A stretch of DNA of 64,000 bases from Acidobacteriota bacterium (GCA_021826505.1 JAKAZV010000002.1:231-64230), one strand, 5' to 3'. Shown: positions 40,101 to 50,274, numbered from the stretch's first letter. The notes: a model not told the origin generated them from the sequence alone. Numbers and translations are program-made.

Positions 40101-40213
40101 GGCAGCGCCGAGACGGGAAGCTGGCGATAGGCCGTAAAGCCCACCAGCAGCAGCCCGAGCATGATCAGCGAGGTGGCGACCGGCCGCAGGATAAAAATGC
40201 GCGAGGGACTCAT
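37115..40213 (-). CDS. Efflux RND transporter permease (MdtB-like)
   Basis: 1032-aa AcrB/HAE1-type ORF, paralogous to the downstream permease. Confidence 0.88.
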   Translation of the reverse strand: MSPSRIFILRPVATSLIMLGLLLVGFTAYRQLPVSALPEVEYPTIQIVTSYPGAGPRVMESAVTTPLERQFGEIPGLSQMTSTSSYSSSVILLQFDLSQNIDVAEQEVQAAINAASSYLPADLPSPPIYSKTNPADAPVLTLALTSSRLPLSQVENFADTLLAQKISQLSGVGLVTISGGQRPAVRIQANPGQMASYGLSLENLRTAIDAANIDQPKGNLDGPRQNYAISTNDQLTSARQYRRLVVAYRNGAPVRLDSVATVVNSVENSQLAAWQDAQPAVLLNVERQPNANVLAVVARVKALLPQLRAAIPPQLKIAIVSDRTNTIRASVRDVQMELLLTIALVVLVIFLFLRTIPGTLIPGVAVPLSIVAAFGVMYLLGFSLDNLSLMALTISTGFVADDAIVMTENIARFLEAGEPPLQAALRGAEQIGFTIISLTVSLIAVLIPLLFMGDIVGRLFREFALTLAATIVFSALISLTLTPMLAARLLRPPEQVSRGRFYHLTERWWQKCVDGYAALLRRVLRHQPATLVVTVATLGLTLWLFWIIPKGFFPQQDTGEILGISQAPPQVSFPQMAKRQQALVKVLLRNPAVANVSSFIGIDGVNTTLNSGRIQINLKPRAQRSLSAMQIIRQLRPRLARVPGIQLFMQPVQELTVNDQVSRTLYQYALDDANAAELARYAPRVLARLRRLPALRDVATDEQPGGLSARIDFDRATAARLGITPAAIDNTLYDAYGQRQVSTIFTQDNQYHVILENAHRFSRNPGALGSLYVGAAGGAQVPLAAFARVRLETQPLVISHYGEFPAVTLSFNLARGASLGQAITQIQSAIAGLHLPFSLRGHFEGTAQALINSLANEPWLILAAIITVYIVLGILYESFIHPITILSTLPSAGVGALLALMLFHLDLDIVAIIGLILLIGIVQKNAIMMIDFALQAERDEKKPAPEAIFQAAVLRFRPILMTTMAAMLGALPLALGRGTGSELRHPLGITIIGGLMVSQVLTLFTTPVVYLAFDRLARRFDVPAGEPAPSES

Positions 40214-40245
40214 GTTGCCTTGGAAAAGCCGGTTACGGGCCGCAA

Positions 40246-41391
40246 TCAGGGCCGCCGCAGCGTGACTTTCTGACCGGGGCGGAGCTCATTTTGCCCGTCG
40301 GTCACGACCGCTTCGCCCGCCGACAGCCCCTTTTGGATTACCGTTCGCAGGCCGGTCACGTAGCCCGTCCGCACGGGGCTCATGCGCACGGTATGATTGG
40401 GCTCAACCACGAACACGAAGGTGCGGCTGGAATTGCGCTCGATCGCGGCCGAGGGCACGACCAGCACCTGGCGCAAGACACGCAGGCGAAGATGAACATT
40501 GACAAATTCATTGGGCCAGAGCTTATTGCCGCGGTTGGAGAAGATGGCTTTGAGCTGGATGGTTCCGGTGGTGGGGTCAATCTGATTGCTCATCGCCAGC
40601 AGACGGCCCTGCGCCAAACGGGTTTTGTTGTCGCTGCCATAAGCCGTCGCTGGCAATGGGCCCCGCGCCATGGCCTGCCGGATGGGCGTGACCTGATTTT
40701 CGGGCAGCGTGAAGACAGCGACGATGGGCTGGACCTGGGTGATGATGACGATGCCCGTGGTGTCGGTGGTTTGCACAATATTGCCCAAATCCACCTGCCG
40801 CAGTCCGGTGATGCCGCTGATCGGAGCGGTGATGTGGGTGTAGGCGAGATTCAACTGAGCGGCTTTCAAGGCCGCCCGGTCAAGGGCCACCGTTCCGGTA
40901 AATTGACCCACCAGCGCCTGTTGTAAATTCAATTGCTGCAGGGCCAGAATTTTCTGCCGGTACATGGCCTGATCGCGTTGCAGGTCAATTTTGTCGTCGG
41001 CCCACTGCGCCTGGTCGCGCTGCAGCGCGGCCTGGGCCTGACGGACAGCGATCTGATAGGGGCGCGGGTCCACCACGGCCAGCAACTGTCCTTTATGAAC
41101 AAACTGTCCCTGATGAAAGACGATGCGCACCAGCGGCCCATTCACCTGCGTGCGCACAACGGCGGTATTGGCGGCCGCGACGGTGCCCAACCCCTGGACG
41201 ACGAAAGGCACATCCTGCCGGATGACCGGAGCGGTGAGCACCGAAACCGGGCCCATCATGCCGTGGGAGGGTTTGGCGGGAGCATCGGAGGTTCGCGAAC
41301 AAGCCGCGATCGTCAGGGTTAAAAATGTTAACAATAGACTGGCGGACCGATGCCGGCCAGAAAATTGGAATAAGCGTGTGTTCATATGCAA
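40246..41391 (-). CDS. Efflux RND transporter periplasmic adaptor (membrane fusion protein, MdtA-like)
   Basis: 381-aa ORF with a lipoprotein-like signal (LTIAAC) and an HlyD/MFP coiled-coil and barrel pattern. First gene of the operon. Confidence 0.85.
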   Translation of the reverse strand: MHMNTRLFQFSGRHRSASLLLTFLTLTIAACSRTSDAPAKPSHGMMGPVSVLTAPVIRQDVPFVVQGLGTVAAANTAVVRTQVNGPLVRIVFHQGQFVHKGQLLAVVDPRPYQIAVRQAQAALQRDQAQWADDKIDLQRDQAMYRQKILALQQLNLQQALVGQFTGTVALDRAALKAAQLNLAYTHITAPISGITGLRQVDLGNIVQTTDTTGIVIITQVQPIVAVFTLPENQVTPIRQAMARGPLPATAYGSDNKTRLAQGRLLAMSNQIDPTTGTIQLKAIFSNRGNKLWPNEFVNVHLRLRVLRQVLVVPSAAIERNSSRTFVFVVEPNHTVRMSPVRTGYVTGLRTVIQKGLSAGEAVVTDGQNELRPGQKVTLRRP

Positions 41392-41477
41392 AACAAACTA
41401 CCGGCAAGCGGCTTGCACCGGCCTATTTGCCTATACGCCGAAAAAGACTCCGCGGCATCAGGGGACGGGGCGCGAAG

Positions 41478-42755
41478 CTACCAGTAGCGGGCCCGGCTTT
41501 CCGGAGTTTCCGCGGCTTTGGCTACCACGGTGATTCCGCTTTCGTCCACGTGATAGCCGCGGGCGCGGTCGGATTCGGGATCAAAGCCGACGGTGCTGTG
41601 GGCGGCGATATGGACATTTTTATCGAGAATGGCGCGGCGGACGCGGGCGCCGGGCCCGATATAGACGTTATCCATCAGAATGGATGCTTCCACCTCGGAG
41701 CGGGTTTCGAGCACCACATTGCGGCTCAGGACCGATTCCCGCACCCGGCCCCCGGCCAGAAGGCAGCCGCCCATGACCAGTGAATCAATGGCTTCGCCCT
41801 TGCCGCGTTCGCCGTCATACATAAACTTGGAGGGCGGCGTGTTGAAATTGGAGCTCATGATCGGCCATGCCCAGTTGTAGAGATTCAGCTCCGAATCCGG
41901 TTTCCGCAGATCCATGTTGGCCTCGTAATAGGCGCGGATGGTGCCGACATCGCGCCAGTAGGGCCGTTCGACCTCATAGCCGCCGTGCACGGGGATGCGA
42001 TTGCTGGAAAAGTCATAGGCATAAACATCCATGTGCTCGACCATATACGGAAAGATGTTGCGGCCGAAGTCATGGGCGCCGCCCTGCAAGGCATCATGCA
42101 GCAACACTTCCACCAGCACGCGGGTATCGAAAATATAATTTCCCATCGACGCCAGCGACCAGTCCTCGCGCCCGGGGATGACCGGCGCGGCGGCGGGGTC
42201 GGGCTTTTCCACGAAGTTGCGGATGCGGAAGCTGGCGTCAATATCCAGCACGCCGAAGGGCTTGACTTCACGGCGCTCGATCGGCAGGGAGGCCACGGTG
42301 GCGGCGGCGCCGTGCTCGAAATGATAGTCCACCATCTGCCCGATATTCATTTTATAAACGTGGTCGGCGCCGAAGACCGCGACGGCATCGGGATTGAACT
42401 GTTCAATCAGATTGAGATTCTGGTAAATCGCATCGGCGGTGCCGCGGTACCAGACGTCGCCGACCTGCATCTGGGCCGGAACCACGGTGGCAAAGGCATC
42501 GCGGGCGCCGACGACGAACGACCAGGCGCGTTGAATATGGCTGATCAGCGACTGCGCCTTGTACTGGGTCAGCACGTAGATGGAATCAATGCCGGAATTG
42601 ATCAGATTGCTGAGAACAAAATCAATGACCCGGTAGCGGCCGCCAAACGGGACAGCGGGCTTGGAGCGGTGTTTGGTGAGCGGGTACAGGCGCTCGCCTT
42701 TACCGCCCGCCAGGACCAGGGCCAAGATGCGTTGCCGATTTTTGCCTGCGGCCAT
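41478..42755 (-). CDS. glgC: Glucose-1-phosphate adenylyltransferase
   Basis: 425-aa ORF (LAGGKGERLYPLTKHRSKPAVPFGG...) with a left-handed beta-helix C-terminus. Confidence 0.9.
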   Translation of the reverse strand: MAAGKNRQRILALVLAGGKGERLYPLTKHRSKPAVPFGGRYRVIDFVLSNLINSGIDSIYVLTQYKAQSLISHIQRAWSFVVGARDAFATVVPAQMQVGDVWYRGTADAIYQNLNLIEQFNPDAVAVFGADHVYKMNIGQMVDYHFEHGAAATVASLPIERREVKPFGVLDIDASFRIRNFVEKPDPAAAPVIPGREDWSLASMGNYIFDTRVLVEVLLHDALQGGAHDFGRNIFPYMVEHMDVYAYDFSSNRIPVHGGYEVERPYWRDVGTIRAYYEANMDLRKPDSELNLYNWAWPIMSSNFNTPPSKFMYDGERGKGEAIDSLVMGGCLLAGGRVRESVLSRNVVLETRSEVEASILMDNVYIGPGARVRRAILDKNVHIAAHSTVGFDPESDRARGYHVDESGITVVAKAAETPESRARYW

Positions 42756-42804
42756 AACCCCAACCGTCCTCTCTGCCTGCCTTGCTGCCCGTTCTATCTG
42801 AATC

Positions 42805-43467
42805 CTATGCCAGAAGCCCGGCTTCGCGCCGGCCGGGATTCAGGGAATCGTGAACCATATTTAAAAATAGCTGATGCAGGCGGGGATTGGTGGTTAATTC
42901 CGGATGAAAAGTTGCCGCCAGCTGGCGGCCCTGCCGCACCAGCACCGGCTCCTGATCAAGCCGGGCCAGCACTTCGACCTCTGGCCCGCAGGTGAGGATG
43001 CGGGGAGCGCGAATAAAGATCATCTCCGGCGCCGGCGCGGCTGACGGCGGCAAAAGCTTTTCCCGCCATTGGCCCGAGGCCGCGAAACTGTCAATCTGGC
43101 GGCCATAGGCATTGCGCTCAATTTCGATATCGAGTGTGCCCAGACTTTCCTGCCGGGGATGGATTACCCGCATGGCCTGCAGGATCGCGCCGGCACAAGT
43201 CCCAAATACACAGTGGCTTGCGGCATATTCTCTCAATTGATCTGTCATGTTTTGCCGACGCAGTAAATGCAACTGGGTCGTGCTTTCGCCGCCGGGCAGA
43301 ATCAGGCCATCCAACCCCTGCAAATCTTCGCCCTGGCGCACCCAGGCATAATGATCGCCCGGACTGGGCGCCTGGCCGGCCCTGGGATCAAGGCGCAAGC
43401 CGAGCCGCTCAAGCATGCGGGCATGAGCGGCAAAATCGCCCTGCAGGGCCAGAATTCCAATGCGCAT
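42805..43467 (-). CDS. pdxT: Pyridoxal 5'-phosphate synthase glutaminase subunit
   Basis: MRIGILALQGDF... start at 43467 (the ORF extends 7 codons further upstream). GTCAG active-site region. Sits adjacent to pdxS. Confidence 0.85.
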   Translation of the reverse strand: MRIGILALQGDFAAHARMLERLGLRLDPRAGQAPSPGDHYAWVRQGEDLQGLDGLILPGGESTTQLHLLRRQNMTDQLREYAASHCVFGTCAGAILQAMRVIHPRQESLGTLDIEIERNAYGRQIDSFAASGQWREKLLPPSAAPAPEMIFIRAPRILTCGPEVEVLARLDQEPVLVRQGRQLAATFHPELTTNPRLHQLFLNMVHDSLNPGRREAGLLA

Positions 43468-43524
43468 AAAAGTTGACGCCGACGGCAAGAAATTGGTTTC
43501 GGATAGGCGTCGTTGGGTTGTGAT

Positions 43525-44415
43525 TTACCATCCGCGGGACTGCAATTGTTCTTCCGGTTTGAGGGCGGCGGCTTCGGTGCCGCGCATGGCCTCGCCCAGA
43601 TCCTCACAGCACTCGAGCAGTACATCCGGATTCTGATAATGGGTGGTGGCGCGCACAATGGCATGGGCGCGAGCCGCGGGATCATCGGACTTAAAGATGC
43701 CGGAACCGACGAAGACGGCTTCGGCTCCGAGCTGCATGACCAGGGCGGCGTCGGCGGGAGTGGCAATGCCGCCGGCCGAGAAATTCGGCACGGGCAACTT
43801 CCCTGCCCGCGCGACCTGCTGCACCAGCGGCAGCGGCGCCTGCAATTGCTTGGCGTGGCCGTAGAGTTCTTCGGCGGGCAGCACCGACAACTGGCGGATT
43901 TCAGCCATGATGGCGCGCATATGGCGGACGGCATGAACGACATCGCCGGTGCCGGCCTCGCCCTTGGTGCGAATCATGGCCGCGCCTTCGGCAATGCGGC
44001 GCAGGGCTTCGCCCAGGTTGCGGGCGCCGCAGACGAAGGGCACCTTGAAGGCGTGCTTATCCACGTGATAGGCTTCGTCGGCCGGGGTCAGGACTTCGCT
44101 TTCGTCAATGTAATCCACGCCCAGGGCCTCGAGAATACGGGCTTCCGTAAAGTGGCCGATGCGGCATTTGGCCATGACGGGAATGGTTACGGCCCGCATG
44201 ATTTCGCGGATTTTGCGGATCGAGGCCATGCGAGCCACGCCGCCCTCGCGGCGGATGTCGGCGGGCACGCGTTCGAGGGCCATGACCGCACAGGCGCCAG
44301 ACTGTTCGGCGATGCGGGCCTGCTCGGCGTCGGTGACATCCATGATGACGCCGCCCTTCAGCATTTCAGCCAGCCCGGTTTTAAGTTGAAATTCCTGATT
44401 TTCCATGACGAACAC
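43525..44415 (-). CDS. pdxS: Pyridoxal 5'-phosphate synthase lyase subunit
   Basis: 296-aa highly conserved PdxS (...[14 protein letters not shown]...[23 protein letters not shown]...). Confidence 0.93.
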   Translation of the reverse strand: MFVMENQEFQLKTGLAEMLKGGVIMDVTDAEQARIAEQSGACAVMALERVPADIRREGGVARMASIRKIREIMRAVTIPVMAKCRIGHFTEARILEALGVDYIDESEVLTPADEAYHVDKHAFKVPFVCGARNLGEALRRIAEGAAMIRTKGEAGTGDVVHAVRHMRAIMAEIRQLSVLPAEELYGHAKQLQAPLPLVQQVARAGKLPVPNFSAGGIATPADAALVMQLGAEAVFVGSGIFKSDDPAARAHAIVRATTHYQNPDVLLECCEDLGEAMRGTEAAALKPEEQLQSRGW

Positions 44416-44466
44416 CTAACCAATTACTTATTTTAAACCGAACCCAGATGAGGCGTGCGCAGCCCG

Positions 44467-44961
44467 TTAGCGGCCCGGTGAATCGGCCCGGACGACCAGG
44501 CCCAGGCTGATGAACCCGAGCAGCGTAATGGTCTCTTCCAGCCAGACGCTTTGGCGGTGAAGACGATTGAAATTCCGGACATACGGATTGCCGGTATGGG
44601 ACGCGTGGATGACTCCGCCGGCGGCGATGCGATCGCGCTCCATGGCGGGAATGATGTGGTACTGGGAATATGCAGTCGCCGCCAGCATGGCGGCCAGCAA
44701 AGCCATCGGCACAAGCGCGGCGCGGGGCCGGCCGAACATGGCGCGGCGCGCCAGGGCCAGCAGAATGACCGCGAGCAGGCCCGCAACCAGACCCATCTGA
44801 TGCAGGATGCGGATTAAATGGCCGACGATGGCGCCCGCCGCAGCCACATGCGGGCTGAGCGTCTCAAAGCTGACCGCGGCCGTGATGGGAAAAAATATTT
44901 CTCCGCCCAGCCAGACCACAAAGGTGAGATAAAGCAGAAAGCGCAGGCTGTTTTTCAGCAT
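44467..44961 (-). CDS. DUF4149-like integral membrane protein
   Basis: 164 aa from MLKNSLRF.... Four predicted TM helices. TMEM205/DUF4149-like pattern. Confidence 0.55.
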   Translation of the reverse strand: MLKNSLRFLLYLTFVVWLGGEIFFPITAAVSFETLSPHVAAAGAIVGHLIRILHQMGLVAGLLAVILLALARRAMFGRPRAALVPMALLAAMLAATAYSQYHIIPAMERDRIAAGGVIHASHTGNPYVRNFNRLHRQSVWLEETITLLGFISLGLVVRADSPGR

Positions 44962-45085
44962 TCGATATCCCTCATCAGAATAGCGGATGCGCATGAATCC
45001 CGGGGACGGCCGCACCGTGACTCAGCCTGGCCAGCGACTCGGCCCATGCGTTGCTATGATGGTTTTCTGACTCGGGTGACTCTAA

Positions 45086-45988
45086 ATGAACCGCAGAAAT
45101 TTTAACCAGACCCTGGCCGGCGCGGCGCTCAGCGCTCTCAGCCAGCCGACGGTAAACCGCATGACCACGGCGGAGGTACCCGCTTCCCGCGCGCCGTATG
45201 GTCTTTCTGTCATGTTATGGACGGTATTCCGGAATCTACCGTTTGAGCAACGGCTGGAGAAGGTGCATGCGGCGGGCTACCGCAATGTGGAGCTAGTGGG
45301 GGAATACCAAGACTGGCCGCGATCGGATTTCGCCCGGGTGAGCCGGCGCCGCCGGTCACTGGGCATACACTTCGATGCCACGGCGGGACTGAAGAACGGT
45401 CTGGCCGACCCCCGGCAGCGGCCAGCGCTGCTGGCGGAAGTGCGGCAGGTTCTGGCCACGATGGAATTGCTGGAATGTCCCGCATTGATCCTGCTCTCCG
45501 GCAACCGGGTCCCCGGGATGCCTCGCTCGCTGCAGCACGCCAGTTGCATTGAAGGCTTGAAACAGGCCGCCGGGCTGATCGAAGGCCGCCAGATTGCCGA
45601 CGAACCGGTGCGGCTGCTCATTGAAAATATAGACCCGGAAGAAAACCCGAACTATTACCTGCAATCCGGCCGCGAGGGTTTTGCCATCGTTCGCGCCGTA
45701 AACCATCCCCAGGTGCAGATGCTTTACGACCTGTATCACGAGCAGGTGGCGGAGGGAAACCTGATCGAGAAGCTGGAAAAGAATCTGCCCATTCTGGGCC
45801 TGGTGCATGTTGCCGATGTGCCGGGCCGGCACCAGCCGGGAACCGGAGAAATTCACTACCGGAATATCTATCGCGCGCTGACCGCTTTGCACTACGACCG
45901 CAAGGTGGCCATGGAATTTTTGCCTCTGGGCGATCCTGTAGAACAATTGCGCAGGGCCGGTGAGAAAGCCTTGCGCGGCGGCGCATGA
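45086..45988 (+). CDS. Xylose-isomerase-like TIM-barrel protein (hydroxypyruvate isomerase family) with a Tat-like signal
   Basis: 300-aa ORF. N-terminus MNRRNFNQTLAGAALSAL resembles a twin-arginine signal. Body resembles Hyi/sugar-phosphate isomerase-epimerase proteins. Confidence 0.65.
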   Translation: MNRRNFNQTLAGAALSALSQPTVNRMTTAEVPASRAPYGLSVMLWTVFRNLPFEQRLEKVHAAGYRNVELVGEYQDWPRSDFARVSRRRRSLGIHFDATAGLKNGLADPRQRPALLAEVRQVLATMELLECPALILLSGNRVPGMPRSLQHASCIEGLKQAAGLIEGRQIADEPVRLLIENIDPEENPNYYLQSGREGFAIVRAVNHPQVQMLYDLYHEQVAEGNLIEKLEKNLPILGLVHVADVPGRHQPGTGEIHYRNIYRALTALHYDRKVAMEFLPLGDPVEQLRRAGEKALRGGA

Positions 45989-46009
45989 ACCCCGGCGAAG
46001 CGCCGCGGG

Positions 46010-48205
46010 CTAACCGCGCGTATGCAGGATCGTAGCCGGCAGCCGATGGGTATGGCGATAGCGGGACTGGATGGTGGAGAATTGCCGGGCCAGCCGGCTC
46101 CAGCGGCGGGCCTCGGCGTTATAACGCTCAAGGATATTCGGCAGAAAATAAGGCCGGTTTTCCCGCAGCCATAGTTTTTTATAGATCGCCCGCAGCTCAA
46201 AGTTGTGATCGCGCAGATCCTGCACCAGCCCATTCACGCCGTTGATCCGGTAGAGCCGGTCCTCCACCCGGCCCGGAACGGTGAGATTCTTCTGCGCCTG
46301 CCGGTAGAGCTTGACGATGTAACGGGCATAGAGCGCCTTTTGGCCGAGATAGTCCAGGCGGCGGGCGGAAAACGCGGTCAGCGCCAGCAGACGCCGGTTT
46401 TGCCGGGCCTGTTTGCGATGGCGGAGCACACTGCTATAAACCTGCTCGGCCAAGAGCCGGATTTGCGGCGCCACGGCGCGCATTTTCCGGTAATAGCCCT
46501 GGCCATGCCGGGTAAAGGCGTCGAGCCAGACCAGCCAGTCCATGGCACCGGCACCCACGGACTGATGCAACAGCTTTTGAATGCGGGTCAGCGCCTCGAC
46601 TTCATGTTCAAAATGATGGCCTGAGGCGCGAAAGAAATCCCAGTCGTAGTCCACCCGGAAGCGGCGGTTGTTCATATGCGTCTGCCAGCCGGCGGCCGCG
46701 CCGTAAGCCAATCCGTACCAGGCGTTGCCGAAGAGCGCTTCGCCATCATCCATCCAGGTGGTATTGAGCACGCCGCGGGCGCCGAGGGCGCGGCCGTCGC
46801 GGATGAAAACCCGGATATTGGGCAGAGCTTCGGAATAATCCGGATAGATGCGGCTCCAGTTGCTGACCCCGGGGGAGACCCATACCGGTAATCCAGCCCG
46901 GCGGAAGGGTGCGATCTCGAAATCATAGGATGCGCGCGGGGCGTAATCCCAGGGCAGCGCCACCATATTTTTGGGCAGCTGAGAGAGCAGTTCCGGATGT
47001 TTTACGGCGATATCGCCCCAGAACATGACCCGGCGATGATAGGGGCGCAGCAAGGCATCAATCTGGCGGACGTAGTTGATGAAAACCTCGCCGCGGCCTT
47101 CGGCCTGGACCAGCGGGCGGGTTCTTCCCTGCCCCAGCTGAAAAGTTTCGTCGGCCCCGATGTGGAGAAACGGCGAGGGAAAAACCGCGGCCAGTTCATG
47201 AAACATGCGGCCAATCAACCGCAGCGAGCCGGGCGCCACCGGCGAGAGCACGTCGCCATAGGGCAGTTCGTCGAGAGGCTGGTATTTCTGATATTGCAGG
47301 ATGAGATGCAGATGCCCGAACGACTCCTGCTCAGGCACGATCGTGACATGGTACGCCCGGGCGAAGCGGATGAGCCTGCGGGCCTCGCGCGGTGAGATGG
47401 CGCCGCCCGGCTCATGCGCCAGCGGCAGACCGGGATAGTTGAAGGTGTCTTCAAAGTAGAGAGACAGAACGTTGACCTTCAATCGGGCCAGGCGCATGAC
47501 AATGCGCTGGAGCTCGGCATAACGCGGCAGCGGTCCGCGGCTGATATCATCCTGCACGCCGCGCCAGCGCAGCGCCGGCCAATCCACGATGCGCAGGCAG
47601 GGCGCCAGCGCGAGATGGCGGGAAACCAGACGGCCATGAACGCGCCGCGACAGGGCCGGGCGCAACAACTGGCTCAGCGTCTGGACGCCGTAAAAGACAC
47701 CGGCCGAGCTGTCGCCCACGACCGCGGCTTCAAAGCGGTTGACCAGCAGCACATAGCCTTCGCGCGCGGCGGCCATGGGAAAATGGCGCAACCCGGCGCG
47801 GCGCATGAGCAGCCGGCCGGCGGGAGAATGCAGCCGCGCCAGCACGATGCGGTGCGCCGTATTCGGACCGCGCAGGCGAGCCCGGACCCGGTCCACGCGC
47901 CAGAGCCCGCGCTGCAACTGGAGCTCGGCAAAATGGTCTGCGGGCAGGCCGCTGGCGTTGAGGATGCGGACTTCAGGGCCCAGACGCAGTTGTCCGCGGT
48001 GACGCACCAGACTCCGGGGATACGGCATGAGGTGAACCGGCAGCATGGCGGGGATCGCGACCGCCCCCAGGGCCGGAACCAGAAGCATACAGAACAGAAT
48101 CGGAGCAGCCGTTAAGAGCAACCATTCTTTCCGCCCGCGGCGCGGGATGGGCTGAATGGAAACTCCCTTTATGTGGACACTCTCGAAAGTGGTTCGTCTG
48201 AACAT
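46010..48205 (-). CDS. Glycoside hydrolase family 20 (beta-N-acetylhexosaminidase-like) protein
   Basis: 731-aa ORF with an N-terminal TM/signal segment and GH20 catalytic-region motifs (IVPEQESFGHL, HIGADE). Confidence 0.7.
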   Translation of the reverse strand: MFRRTTFESVHIKGVSIQPIPRRGRKEWLLLTAAPILFCMLLVPALGAVAIPAMLPVHLMPYPRSLVRHRGQLRLGPEVRILNASGLPADHFAELQLQRGLWRVDRVRARLRGPNTAHRIVLARLHSPAGRLLMRRAGLRHFPMAAAREGYVLLVNRFEAAVVGDSSAGVFYGVQTLSQLLRPALSRRVHGRLVSRHLALAPCLRIVDWPALRWRGVQDDISRGPLPRYAELQRIVMRLARLKVNVLSLYFEDTFNYPGLPLAHEPGGAISPREARRLIRFARAYHVTIVPEQESFGHLHLILQYQKYQPLDELPYGDVLSPVAPGSLRLIGRMFHELAAVFPSPFLHIGADETFQLGQGRTRPLVQAEGRGEVFINYVRQIDALLRPYHRRVMFWGDIAVKHPELLSQLPKNMVALPWDYAPRASYDFEIAPFRRAGLPVWVSPGVSNWSRIYPDYSEALPNIRVFIRDGRALGARGVLNTTWMDDGEALFGNAWYGLAYGAAAGWQTHMNNRRFRVDYDWDFFRASGHHFEHEVEALTRIQKLLHQSVGAGAMDWLVWLDAFTRHGQGYYRKMRAVAPQIRLLAEQVYSSVLRHRKQARQNRRLLALTAFSARRLDYLGQKALYARYIVKLYRQAQKNLTVPGRVEDRLYRINGVNGLVQDLRDHNFELRAIYKKLWLRENRPYFLPNILERYNAEARRWSRLARQFSTIQSRYRHTHRLPATILHTRG

Positions 48206-48253
48206 AAAAACGGCGGCGCGACAATGCGACAGTTTCCCGGGCTACATGCCGGC

Positions 48254-49474
48254 TCAGGTATGTTTATTCCGCAGGAAGGTAGGAATATCAAGATCGTCGC
48301 CCGGCTCATCTTCCGCCGCCAGATCATCGGGCGCGAGCTGCAGGCGCGGCTGCGCTGGTTCCGCGGCGGCGTGGTGATTGTGGATTTCGCGCGGCAGCGG
48401 CGTGGGAGAAGCCGTGACGGCCGGCGCCGGGGTTTTGACGGCCAGGGGAGCGGCCGGACGCGCCGCCGCGGCGGGGCGTTCCTGCGCCGCCGCGGGCCGG
48501 TCCAGTGACTCGCCCAGGCCGGTGGCAATCACGGTGATTTTGACTTCGTCCCCCATATCCTCGTTCAGCACCGCGCCAAAAAGAATATTGGCGTCTTCGT
48601 GGGCGGCATGCTGAATGATGCTTGACGCCTCGCTGACTTCCGAAAGCATGAGATTGCTGGAGCCGGTGATATTGATGAGAATGCCGCGCGCGCCTTCGAT
48701 GGCGCTGGTCTCGAGCAGCGGGCTGGAAATGGCGGCGCGGGCCGCTTCAACGGCCCGGTTCTTTCCCCCGGCGACGGCAGTGCCCATGATGGCGTATCCC
48801 ATGCCTTCCATGATGGTGCGGATGTCGGCAAAGTCGCGGTTGATGATGCCGGGGATCATGATGATGTCGCTGATGCCCTGCACCGCCTGGCGCAAAATAT
48901 CGTCGGCAATGCGGAACGACTCAATAAAAGGGGCATTTTGCGCGACTTGCAGCAGTTTTTCATTGGGGATGGTGATGACGGTATCGAGCGATTCGGCCAG
49001 CTCCCGCAGGCCTTGCTCCGCCTGGGCCATGCGGCGCCGGCCTTCGAATGGAAACGGTTTGGTGACCACGGCGACGGTCAGGGCCTGAAGCTGGCTGGCC
49101 AGCGAAGCAATCACCGGCGCGGCGCCGGTGCCGGTGCCGCCGCCCAGCCCGGCGGTAATAAAGACCATATCAGCGCCTTCGAGCACTTCGGCGATCTTAT
49201 CGGTATCCTCCAGCGCCGCCTGGCGGCCCACCTGGGGGTCGGAACCGGATCCGCGGCCGTTTGTCAGCTTGCCGCCGATCTGGATGCGCACCGGAGCGCG
49301 GGACTGGTTCAGCGCCTGGGCATCGGTGTTGCAGACGATAAATTCGACCCCATCCAGCCGGGCGTCAATCATGCGGTTGACCGCATTGCCGCCGCCCCCG
49401 CCCACACCGATGACTTTTATGCGGGTCGAGGCGGCAAGATCGTCTTCAGAAAGCGAAATGCGGAGATCATCCAT
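48254..49474 (-). CDS. ftsZ: Cell division protein FtsZ
   Basis: 406-aa ORF with the tubulin signature [11 protein letters not shown], the T7 loop, a Pro/Ala-rich linker and the conserved C-terminal peptide [10 protein letters not shown]. Confidence 0.95.
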   Translation of the reverse strand: MDDLRISLSEDDLAASTRIKVIGVGGGGGNAVNRMIDARLDGVEFIVCNTDAQALNQSRAPVRIQIGGKLTNGRGSGSDPQVGRQAALEDTDKIAEVLEGADMVFITAGLGGGTGTGAAPVIASLASQLQALTVAVVTKPFPFEGRRRMAQAEQGLRELAESLDTVITIPNEKLLQVAQNAPFIESFRIADDILRQAVQGISDIIMIPGIINRDFADIRTIMEGMGYAIMGTAVAGGKNRAVEAARAAISSPLLETSAIEGARGILINITGSSNLMLSEVSEASSIIQHAAHEDANILFGAVLNEDMGDEVKITVIATGLGESLDRPAAAQERPAAAARPAAPLAVKTPAPAVTASPTPLPREIHNHHAAAEPAQPRLQLAPDDLAAEDEPGDDLDIPTFLRNKHT

Positions 49475-49632
49475 AAAATAAAGAATACAGGATACACAAA
49501 GCCGCCGGACAAAACCTGAGAACTTTGAAAATCATACCACCGGGAAACTCAAGCGGCATGGACTTGCCCTCCCCTTTAGTACAAACCTCCGGATATTTCC
49601 GGCATCGAAACTATTGAAGGAAGGTAGTTCCC

Positions 49633-50274
49633 ATGCGGCGCATTTCCATTCTGTTTTTTTCCACGGCATTGCTGATGATATTTACTCTGAGCGCCTTTGC
49701 CCAGTCACATCAGGGAGAGTTCTCGGCTCAGGTCAGCGGAGTTTTTACCAAAAACACCAACTTCAACAATGTCACCAGCAGCCCGAGCAGCGTGAATCAC
49801 CAGATCGCAACCAATTCCGCCGGCCTGCTATTCGGCTATCGCTACCATTTCAACTCCTGGGAAGCCCTGGAGGTGGAGTACGGCTATACCGAAAACGGGC
49901 AGCGTTATTACACTCCCGCGACCGCCGGCAACAGCAGCGGGCTGGCCTATGCGATTACCTCCAAGATGAATGACTTCGATTTCAATGAAGTCATTACCAC
50001 GCCGCGGCTGGCGGGATTTTTTCAGCCCTTTATTCTGGCCGGCGGCGGCGCGCTGGTCTTTGTCCCCAGCCACAACACCTTCGGGGCTGCCAGCCAGACC
50101 CGCGCCATGTTCGACTATGGCGCCGGCCTCGATTTTCACATCGGCCATCTGGGGGCCCGGGTGGAATACCGCGGCCTGATCTTCAAAGTTCCGGACTTCG
50201 GCGTACCCGCGCTGGCAAGCAACCGTTATACCCAGATCGCATCTCCTTCGGTGGGGTTGGTGTTTACGTTTTAG
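49633..50274 (+). CDS. Outer-membrane beta-barrel protein (OmpW/OmpA-like porin family)
   Basis: 213-aa ORF with a signal peptide (...LSAFAQS), alternating amphipathic strands and a C-terminal aromatic residue (...VGLVFTF). Confidence 0.7.
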   Translation: MRRISILFFSTALLMIFTLSAFAQSHQGEFSAQVSGVFTKNTNFNNVTSSPSSVNHQIATNSAGLLFGYRYHFNSWEALEVEYGYTENGQRYYTPATAGNSSGLAYAITSKMNDFDFNEVITTPRLAGFFQPFILAGGGALVFVPSHNTFGAASQTRAMFDYGAGLDFHIGHLGARVEYRGLIFKVPDFGVPALASNRYTQIASPSVGLVFTF

